Origin: Rhodospirillales bacterium
Lineage (GTDB): Bacteria; Pseudomonadota; Alphaproteobacteria; Rhodospirillales; 2-02-FULL-58-16
Reading direction: 5' to 3'
DNA: 57,162 bases
Assembly (NCBI GenBank): GCA_036012725.1
Contig: DASCPW010000052.1
Coordinates: 1 to 57,162, forward strand
The stretch's first letter is position 1, and each line of letters opens with the position of its first letter. Of this stretch, positions 50,153 through 57,162 are shown one piece after another. The translations under genes were made by a program, and so were the position numbers. Below the pieces are notes generated by a model, which was not told the DNA's origin, made no database searches, and saw nothing but the letters and a program-made list of their open reading frames with translations.

Positions 50153-51784
50153 TCATTCCGCGGGCAACCGCACCGTCAAGCTGGCACCAACGATATTGGC
50201 GGCGGCGTCCTTCCGGTTTTTGGCGGTGATCATGCCACCGTGGGTTTCGACAATCTGCTTGCAGATACTTAAACCCAAGCCTGAGTGAGTGCCGAATTTC
50301 TCGCCTTCGGGGCGATCGCGGTAGAAGCGTTCGAAAATGGTTTCTTCCTTGCCTTTGGGGATGCCGGGACCTTCATCGTCGATGATCACTTCAATCCAGC
50401 CATCCTTGGCACGGGCCTTTATCGAGATGGTACCGCCAGACCGGCTGAAGGACGCGGCATTGGCGATGAGGTTTTCGAATACCTGGGCGAGACGTCTTTC
50501 CATGCCATTGATCTTCAGGTCTCCTTGTTGGTCGATAAGAAGGAGAGGCTTGTAGGCGCGCCCGGTGGTGGCTTCTTGGACATCAAGGAGAGTCGAAAGC
50601 ATCCGGGCCAAGTCGACCGGCCCCATTTCCGCCCTCGACAATTCCGCATCCAGGCGCGAGGCGTCGGAGATGTCGCTGATCAGCCGATCCAGACGGCGCA
50701 CGTCCTCTTTGATGATGCTCATCAGCTGGCGTTGCTCTTCAGCGTTTTTGATCCGGACAGCGGTGTCGACGGCGCTTTGCAAGGAGGTAAGCGGATTCTT
50801 GATCTCGTGAACGACATCGGCGGCGAAGCATTCGATGGCGTCCATGCGTTGCCATAGCGCCTCGGTCATGTCGCGCAGGCTGGCGGCAAGGTTTCCGATC
50901 TCGTCGGCGCGGCCGTCAAAATCGGGGATCACGTCTTGCCGGTTGTGGCTGTGGCGAATCTGCTCGGCGGCGGCGGCCAGGCGGTGCAGAGGCCTGGCAA
51001 TGGTTCCCGAAAGATAGACCGACAGCAGCACGGTCACGGCCAGGGCGACGGTGAAAACCTTAAGGATGTCCATGCGCACTTCGAACAGGGCGGCATCGAT
51101 ATCGCCGCTCCCCTTGGACAACATCATGGCGCCCAAAACCTGCTTGTAGCGTTGCACCGGCACGGCGACACTAAGGACCATGCCGCCGGCGCCGGTTTGA
51201 CGCGTCGCGTTCCCGGATTCGCCGGCAAGCGCCCTCGACACTTCCTCGTAATCATTGGCCTTTTGCCGGGCGCTCTCGTGGTAAATGGGGCTGCTGTTAC
51301 CGTTAGACAGCGATTGTGTCAGTCGGTCATAGACGTCCAGCAGAGTTGTCAAGATTCCGCCGCCGCCGGCATCGGGCGGGGGCAAGTCCTCGATTTGGAC
51401 CATGCCGCCACGGCCGAGCAACAGCCGCGAGTCGGCGATCAGCACGCCGCCTGAATCGAACAGACGCGCCCGGGTGCCGGCGCCGGTGGATTTGACCAGC
51501 CGACGCACCATCTGATGGACAACGTTCTTGACAAAACGCTGGCTGACGCCACCGCCGGCATCGGCATCGTTCGCATCGCCGGTATCAACAGCGCTTTCTC
51601 CCAAGGCGGCGGCGAGCATCAAGGCTTGAACCTTGAGCGCCTCGAGTTCGGCGGCGATCAAGGTTCGCCGGTATTCACCCAGAAAAAGAATCCCGCCCAC
51701 CAGGATAGCCAAAGCCAACACGTTGATGGCAAGAATGCGCCGGGTGATCGGCGAGATGGCGGGTTGGTCGTGTGGGTGCTTCAT
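50153..51784 (-). CDS. chvG: ChvG/ExoS-type sensor histidine kinase
   Basis: Has a periplasmic stimulus-sensing region between two TM segments, the H-box VVHEIKNPLTSL, N-box VFENLIANAASF and G-boxes DDEGPGIP and GLGLSI. The start is either 51784 (MKHPHDQ) or 51802 (an ATG created at the edge of the inserted repeat element). Confidence 0.9.
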   Translation of the reverse strand: MKHPHDQPAISPITRRILAINVLALAILVGGILFLGEYRRTLIAAELEALKVQALMLAAALGESAVDTGDANDADAGGGVSQRFVKNVVHQMVRRLVKSTGAGTRARLFDSGGVLIADSRLLLGRGGMVQIEDLPPPDAGGGGILTTLLDVYDRLTQSLSNGNSSPIYHESARQKANDYEEVSRALAGESGNATRQTGAGGMVLSVAVPVQRYKQVLGAMMLSKGSGDIDAALFEVRMDILKVFTVALAVTVLLSVYLSGTIARPLHRLAAAAEQIRHSHNRQDVIPDFDGRADEIGNLAASLRDMTEALWQRMDAIECFAADVVHEIKNPLTSLQSAVDTAVRIKNAEEQRQLMSIIKEDVRRLDRLISDISDASRLDAELSRAEMGPVDLARMLSTLLDVQEATTGRAYKPLLLIDQQGDLKINGMERRLAQVFENLIANAASFSRSGGTISIKARAKDGWIEVIIDDEGPGIPKGKEETIFERFYRDRPEGEKFGTHSGLGLSICKQIVETHGGMITAKNRKDAAANIVGASLTVRLPAE

Positions 51785-51801
51785 TTTAGCGGCGGGGGTC
51801 A

Positions 51802-51959
51802 TACCAAGGATCGATGATAATGACCCATGGAGACGGCTTCCAAAGGCTTTCGGCTAGGAGTGCGCGACGTGGCGATGCGGCACATCGTCAGAACTTTTCG
51901 ACGCCCTCCGACGGGGCGCCGAGGCGATCTCTATGGGTCATTATCATCGATCCTTGGTA
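51802..51959. mobile_element. 158-bp MITE-like non-coding element with perfect terminal inverted repeats, flanked by a TGA (plus-strand TCA) duplication
   Basis: ATACCAAGGATCGATGATAATGACCCAT (51801-51828) is the exact reverse complement of 51933-51960. TCA occurs at both 51799-51801 and 51960-51962, and the latter is the chvI stop codon. No ORF with recognisable content lies inside. Confidence 0.7.
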
Positions 51960-52655
51960 TCACACTCCTCGGTAACGATAACCGACACCGTAAAGAGTTT
52001 CGATCTCGCCGAACTCGGGGTCCAATTCCTTGAACTTCCTGCGCAGGCGTTTGATGTGGCTGTCGATGGTGCGGTCATCGACGTAGATATGTTCACCATA
52101 AGCCTGATTAATCAACTGGTCGCGGTTCTTGACGTGGCCGGGCCGCTTGGCCAGGGATTGAAGGAGAAGGAACTCGGTGACCGTCAGGTTGATTGCCTTG
52201 CCGCGCCAAGTGCACAGATGCCTGTCAGGGTCGAGCACCAGATTGCCACGGCGGAGCATGTTTTTGCCATCACCATGGCTGGCCGCCTTGATGTCGCGGC
52301 GACGCAGCACGGCGCGGATGCGTTCAATCAACAGGCGTTGTGAAAAGGGCTTCTTGATGTAATCGTCGGCACCCATGCGCAGGCCCAGCATTTCATCGAC
52401 CTCTTCGTCCTTGGAGGTGAGAAAAATTACCGACAGATCTTCTTTCCGACGTAACCTGCTCAACAACTCCATGCCGTCCAGGCGCGGCATTTTAATGTCG
52501 AGGACGGCCAGGTCCACGGGCGAGCGGCTCATGCCCTCAAGCGCTTCCACGCCGTCGGCGTAGGTCTGGACCTTGAACCCCTCGGCCTCCAAGGCCATGG
52601 AAACCGACGCCAGGATATTGCGGTCGTCATCCACCAAAGCGATGGTATGGGGCAT
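51960..52655 (-). CDS. chvI: ChvI-type OmpR-family response regulator
   Basis: 231-aa ORF with receiver motifs ([24 protein letters not shown]) and a wHTH C-terminus ([11 protein letters not shown]). Confidence 0.94.
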   Translation of the reverse strand: MPHTIALVDDDRNILASVSMALEAEGFKVQTYADGVEALEGMSRSPVDLAVLDIKMPRLDGMELLSRLRRKEDLSVIFLTSKDEEVDEMLGLRMGADDYIKKPFSQRLLIERIRAVLRRRDIKAASHGDGKNMLRRGNLVLDPDRHLCTWRGKAINLTVTEFLLLQSLAKRPGHVKNRDQLINQAYGEHIYVDDRTIDSHIKRLRRKFKELDPEFGEIETLYGVGYRYRGV

Positions 52656-52917
52656 GAATTCATCCTCCTGCCTAGGGAAACCCCGATATGGCTAAGTGCC
52701 TATCCGAATAACTGGCGGCGATTGTGGCGAAATTATAGCCTTTCCTGGAAAAATTCTGGGAACGTTTCTTGACGGGCAAGTGGGAAATGTTGAGAGTACC
52801 GGTGGCCTATCCGGCGGCCGCCAATTCCCGGCAACATCTTGTTTTCGGCGAAAATTCACCATGAGCCATGAACAAAGCCCCCACTCAACCATCAACGGCA
52901 GTTTTCAGGAGTAAGGA

Positions 52918-54747
52918 ATGACCGCATCCGGCGAGGACTTTACCAATAACGCCAAACTACTGGCTTGGGTTGACGAGGCCGCGGGCCTCTGCAAGCCCGA
53001 CCGCATTCATTGGTGCGACGGCTCGCAAGAAGAGTATGACCGTCTTTGCCAGGAAATGGTGGAGTCCGGCACCTTCATCAAGCTGAACGAGCAAAAACGG
53101 CCGCAGTCATACCTGGCTCGCTCCGACCCCGGCGACGTGGCGCGGGTCGAGGACCGCACCTTCATCTGTTCGGAAAAGGCAGAAGACGCCGGACCGACCA
53201 ACAACTGGGCCGAGCCGGCCGATATGAAGCGCACTCTGAAGGGGCTATTCGACGGTTGCATGCGTGGCCGCACCCTCTATGTCTGCCCATTCAGCATGGG
53301 GCCGTTGGGCTCGCCGATATCCCACATCGGCGTGCAGATCACCGATTCCGCTTATGCCGCTGTCAACATGCGGATCATGACCCGGATGGGCAAAAAAGTT
53401 CTGGAGGTTTTGGGCGACGGCGACTTTGTCCGTTGTCTGCATTCAATCGGCGCGCCGTTGCAACCGGGACAAAAGGATGTTCCTTGGCCCTGCAATAAGA
53501 ACAAGTACATCGTCCATTTTCCCGAGCAGCGCGCAATCTGGTCGTTCGGCAGCGGCTACGGCGGCAACGCACTTTTGGGTAAGAAATGTTTTGCCCTTCG
53601 TATCGCCTCGGCGATGGCGAGGGAAGAAGGCTGGATGGCCGAGCATATGCTGGTTCTCGGGCTTGAATCGCCCGACGGCGAGAAAACGTACATCGCCGCC
53701 GCTTTTCCTAGCGCTTGCGGCAAAACCAACCTTGCAATGCTGATTCCCCCGGCCGGTTTCGACGGCTGGAAAGTGTCTACCGTTGGCGACGACATCGCTT
53801 GGATCAAACCGGGTGCCGACGGGCGGCTATATGCCATCAACCCGGAAGCCGGCTATTTCGGGGTCGCTCCAGGCACCTCCATGACCTCCAATCCAACGGC
53901 CCTTCGGACCCTGACCAGGAATTGCCTTTACACCAACGTCGCGTTAACCGATGACGGCGACGTCTGGTGGGAAGGCCTGGACGGCGACCCGCCGGCACAT
54001 GCCATCGACTGGCGGGGAGACGATTGGACTCCCGAGAGCGATGGCCTGGCGGCACATCCCAATTCCCGCTTCACGGCGCCGGCCGGCCAGTGCCCGAGCA
54101 TTGATCCGGCCTGGGAAGACCCGCAAGGGGTGCCGATCAGCGCCTTTATCTTCGGTGGCCGCTTGAGTACCACCTTTCCCCTTGCCTTCCAGTCCTTCGA
54201 CTGGCGGCACGGGGTTTACCTGGCGGCGACCATGGGCTCCGAGGCAACGGCGGCGGCCGTCGGCCAGGCGGCGATCCGCCGCGATCCGATGGCGATGCTG
54301 CCGTTCTGCGGCTACAACATGGCCGATTACTGGCGCCACTGGCTGGAGATGGGAAGCCTCATTACCCAGCCACCGCTGATTTTCCGGGTCAACTGGTTCC
54401 GCAAAAATGAAAACGGCAAGTTCATATGGCCTGGCTTTGGCGAGAACATGCGGGTTCTGAAATGGATCGTCGATTGCGTTCACAACCGCGCCCGGCGCGT
54501 CGAAAGCCCTTTCGGCTTCATGCCTCGCCACCAAGACCTCAACTGGCGGGGTCTCGACTACGATGCCAAGACCTTCTATCACCTGATGACCGTGGACCGG
54601 CAAGCGGGCATGGCCGAGGCCGATGACCAGAAGAAACTGTTCGAGCGTTTCGGCTCCCGCCTGCCCAAGGAATTGGAGGTTCAGCGCCAGCGTCTGATCG
54701 AACGCCTCGACCGGGCGCCGGCGGTGTGGGAACTGGAACGCCAATAA
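52918..54747 (+). CDS. pckG: phosphoenolpyruvate carboxykinase (GTP)
   Basis: 609-aa ORF with the GTP-PEPCK kinase-1a loop [25 protein letters not shown] and FGGR motifs. The RBS is AGGAG upstream of the ATG. Confidence 0.96.
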   Translation: MTASGEDFTNNAKLLAWVDEAAGLCKPDRIHWCDGSQEEYDRLCQEMVESGTFIKLNEQKRPQSYLARSDPGDVARVEDRTFICSEKAEDAGPTNNWAEPADMKRTLKGLFDGCMRGRTLYVCPFSMGPLGSPISHIGVQITDSAYAAVNMRIMTRMGKKVLEVLGDGDFVRCLHSIGAPLQPGQKDVPWPCNKNKYIVHFPEQRAIWSFGSGYGGNALLGKKCFALRIASAMAREEGWMAEHMLVLGLESPDGEKTYIAAAFPSACGKTNLAMLIPPAGFDGWKVSTVGDDIAWIKPGADGRLYAINPEAGYFGVAPGTSMTSNPTALRTLTRNCLYTNVALTDDGDVWWEGLDGDPPAHAIDWRGDDWTPESDGLAAHPNSRFTAPAGQCPSIDPAWEDPQGVPISAFIFGGRLSTTFPLAFQSFDWRHGVYLAATMGSEATAAAVGQAAIRRDPMAMLPFCGYNMADYWRHWLEMGSLITQPPLIFRVNWFRKNENGKFIWPGFGENMRVLKWIVDCVHNRARRVESPFGFMPRHQDLNWRGLDYDAKTFYHLMTVDRQAGMAEADDQKKLFERFGSRLPKELEVQRQRLIERLDRAPAVWELERQ

Positions 54748-54792
54748 CCTCCGCCCTGGCCGGCAATACTCCATAAGCCGGTCGCCAGCGAT

Positions 54793-56655
54793 TCAAGTAG
54801 TGGTTTCCTCCGGCTGTAACTCAAGCTCCTCTTTCGTCGGTGCCGATCCGGCGATGCTGCGGCACGTCCTGTAGATGCGGTCCATGTGATCGATGGTCTC
54901 GCGTTCCCGGGTATAGGTTTTCAGCCGATTTGGCGCGTCCGCAGTCAGGCGCTCAATTTCATGCTTGGCCGTTTCCAACGCCAAGGCATCGATCTCTCCT
55001 TTTCTGCTTCTCACCCGCTTGATGGCATCGATGTCCTCGTTTGACACGATCTCGACGGTGTCCAGGAGGGCGGCGGCAACCTGCTGATGGTATTGATTGA
55101 TGATTTTCATGGTGGGATCGCTGACGACGATGTTTTCGTTAATCCGCTGAGTGCCCACCGACACCATGTTGGTTTCCATTATATCGCCGACATTTTCCAA
55201 ACGATCCACCGTTTGCAAGAGATACATGAGTTCCTCGGCCTGTTCGGCCGAGAGGTTGGTCATGCTCAACTTGCCTAGGAAGAGAACAATCTGGCCATGC
55301 AAGACGTCCACCTCATCGTCTATTTCGACGATTTCTTGCAGATCCTCCTTGCTGCCATTCAGAACCGCCGGCAGAACCTTGTCGAACATCTCGATGACCC
55401 GCTTGCCAAGCCGGCCGATCTCGAGCCGGCACCGGCCGAGCGCCAGCGGAGGGGTGGAAATGAGCGCTTCGTCCAGATACCTGGGTTTGAAATGAACCGG
55501 CAGTTCTTCAGCCTCTTCAGGCTTGTCGGCGACCACCCATTCACAAAAACGGGCGAACAGGGTGGTCGCCGGCAAGAAGAGAAAGGCGATGCCGACGTTG
55601 AACAGGGTATGGGCGTTGGCGACTTGGCGCGGCGTCTCTTTGGCCAACCTTTCCATGCCGGTCAGTTCCGGGTAGGCCGGGGAGATCCACCGGCAAAACT
55701 CGGCCAGATAGGGGATGAAGAAAAAGATAAGGGCGACGCCGACGATCTTAAAGGTGACATGGGCGACGGCGACGCGCACCGCCTCACGGGGCTTGCCGAT
55801 GGAGGCTAGGCCGGCGGTGGCGCAAGTGCCGATGTTGGCGCCAAGCGCTAGCGCGATGCCGCCCTCAAGGGAGATCAGGCCCTGTTGGGCGAGCACGATG
55901 ACAACGCCCATGGTTGCCGAGGATGACTGGATCAGCGCCGTGAAAATGGTGGCGATCAAAATGCCGACCAAGGGATTGGCAACGTCCTGCATCAATTGGA
56001 TGAACGGCTGGTAAGACCGCAACGGCTTCATGGCATCGCTCATGATGGCCAAGCCGAAGAAAATCATCCCCAGACCCATGGTCAAGACGCCATACTGTTT
56101 GATCTTCTCACTGCGGCCAACGAACATCATGACGAAGCCGATGGTGACCAGCAAAAGGGCGTATTTCTTCACTGGGAAGGCGACGATCTGGGCGGTGATG
56201 GTGGTGCCTATATCGGCCCCCAAGATGACCCCGATGGCCTGGGACAAGGACATCAGGCCGGCGGTGACGAATCCGACCAGCATCACCGTCGTCACCGACG
56301 AGGACTGGATAACCGCGGTGACGCCGGCCCCGGTGACGAGCCCGGCAACCCGGTTATTGGTGAGCTTGCCAAGGATACCCCTCATGCGGTCACCCGCCAC
56401 CGCTTTCAGAGCCTCGGACATCTGGTCCATGCCAAAAAGAAAAAGGGCCAATCCACCGAATACCCGCATGCCCATGATCCCCCATGGTATCTCCTTTCCA
56501 GCGACGGGCAGAGCGGCAAGAACCGGCGTCACGGCCAGACACAAAACGGCCGCCGTGACCAAGCATAACGTAATCCTGGTATTCCCGCCTAAACTGCTAA
56601 ACTTGATGCTCATATGGATGCCATTTTCTGTTGTTACAGTTTGCCTAATCCTCAT
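54793..56655 (-). CDS. Na+/phosphate cotransporter family protein with a C-terminal PhoU-like domain
   Basis: 620-aa ORF with multiple TM segments and duplicated Na_Pi_cotrans repeats (QSSSVTTVMLV / QSSSATMGVVIVL), followed by a soluble helical PhoU-like tail. The start is uncertain (56655 or 56613). Confidence 0.88.
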   Translation of the reverse strand: MRIRQTVTTENGIHMSIKFSSLGGNTRITLCLVTAAVLCLAVTPVLAALPVAGKEIPWGIMGMRVFGGLALFLFGMDQMSEALKAVAGDRMRGILGKLTNNRVAGLVTGAGVTAVIQSSSVTTVMLVGFVTAGLMSLSQAIGVILGADIGTTITAQIVAFPVKKYALLLVTIGFVMMFVGRSEKIKQYGVLTMGLGMIFFGLAIMSDAMKPLRSYQPFIQLMQDVANPLVGILIATIFTALIQSSSATMGVVIVLAQQGLISLEGGIALALGANIGTCATAGLASIGKPREAVRVAVAHVTFKIVGVALIFFFIPYLAEFCRWISPAYPELTGMERLAKETPRQVANAHTLFNVGIAFLFLPATTLFARFCEWVVADKPEEAEELPVHFKPRYLDEALISTPPLALGRCRLEIGRLGKRVIEMFDKVLPAVLNGSKEDLQEIVEIDDEVDVLHGQIVLFLGKLSMTNLSAEQAEELMYLLQTVDRLENVGDIMETNMVSVGTQRINENIVVSDPTMKIINQYHQQVAAALLDTVEIVSNEDIDAIKRVRSRKGEIDALALETAKHEIERLTADAPNRLKTYTRERETIDHMDRIYRTCRSIAGSAPTKEELELQPEETTT

Positions 56656-57121
56656 TGTTTTCCCTTGTCGCCTTGACGATGGTTACCGGAATTTTAGCCA
56701 TCCGTACAACCTGTTCGGCCTTGGATCCAACGAGCAGATGGGCCAGCCCCGAGCGCCCCTGGCTGCCCATGACGATCATACGCGCATTCACCTTGTCGGC
56801 GGCCTTGAGGACACGCGTTACCGGCAAGCCTGTCACCAGCTGCGTCTTCAGGTTTTTCAAAGACTTGTTGTGGGGATTGGCGTCGCTCCTTTCCTTCAGG
56901 AATTTACGCATCATTTTCTCGGCCACGTCTTCCATCGGACGCATCTTGTCCTTAATGTCATGCCGGTAATAACCGGGCGCCTCAGCAGGTTCATGAACCA
57001 CGTGAAAGAGCACGATCGGCGCGCCAAAAGCGGTTGCTGCCTCGCAAGCCCAGGTAAAGGCGGCCTTTGAGTCGTCGGAAAAACCCACTGCGACGAGAAT
57101 AGGGCGGTCCTTGGCGGCCAC
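56645..57121 (-). CDS. universal stress protein (UspA family)
   Basis: 158-aa ORF with a GTG start. Contains ILVAVGFSD...VLFHVV and the C-terminal ATP-binding motif MGSQGRSGLAHLLVGSKAEQVV. Confidence 0.88.
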   Translation of the reverse strand: MAAKDRPILVAVGFSDDSKAAFTWACEAATAFGAPIVLFHVVHEPAEAPGYYRHDIKDKMRPMEDVAEKMMRKFLKERSDANPHNKSLKNLKTQLVTGLPVTRVLKAADKVNARMIVMGSQGRSGLAHLLVGSKAEQVVRMAKIPVTIVKATRENNED

Positions 57122-57162
57122 TTCCTTACTGTCCTGATCTTTCGTACTTTTCTTATCTTTAT

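Overview
GC-rich chromosomal segment. Gene content and synteny point to an alphaproteobacterium, possibly Rhodospirillales-like; this is inference only, since no search could be run. Most of the window is conserved housekeeping: a partial lysR, trxB, lrp, uvrB, the F1 ATP synthase operon atpHAGDC followed by a SixA-like gene, priA, DUF484-xerC, yicC-gmk, tRNA-Arg, trpBA-accD-folC, trxA, the tsaE-amgK-murU-addB-addA chain, ahcY, the chvI-chvG-hprK-rapZ-EIIA(Man)-HPr regulatory PTS cluster, a GTP-type PEP carboxykinase, a Na/Pi transporter and a Usp protein.

The block between gmk and tRNA-Arg (about 17.5-28.2 kb) looks accessory and holds the most interesting candidate. It is a tightly coupled six-gene minus-strand operon (17584-23669):
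- an ArsR-family repressor with a C-terminal CC-x6-C cysteine triad;
- a B12-binding corrinoid protein;
- a URO-D/MtaA-family methyltransferase;
- a GlpF-clade aquaglyceroporin;
- a pterin-binding (methyl-H4folate-type) methyltransferase;
- a 2Fe-2S/ASKHA RACo-type corrinoid activase.

To my knowledge, a complete corrinoid methyl-transfer module with a built-in aquaglyceroporin and an arsenite-type ArsR is not a described system. I propose a corrinoid-dependent (de)methylation pathway for a small uncharged, channel-permeant substrate. Metalloid oxyacids or methylated metalloids are the most provocative reading; small methyl thioethers or alcohols are the conservative one.

Other notable observations:
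- a 158-bp MITE-like element with perfect 27/28-bp terminal inverted repeats, inserted exactly at the chvI stop codon (TGA duplication) and burying the chvG start in a long stem;
- a ptsI (PTS enzyme I) remnant with a large in-frame internal deletion plus a homopolymer frameshift;
- a CheY-like receiver with a frameshift at an A7 tract and Asn at the phospho-acceptor position;
- a PQQ-type sugar dehydrogenase pseudogene (in-frame TGA plus frameshift);
- an orphan EnvZ-like kinase.

No CRISPR array, rRNA, transposase or integrase-bearing island was seen. All calls rest on reading motifs in the supplied translations and my own translations. Start codons are often ambiguous, and nothing was checked against a database.
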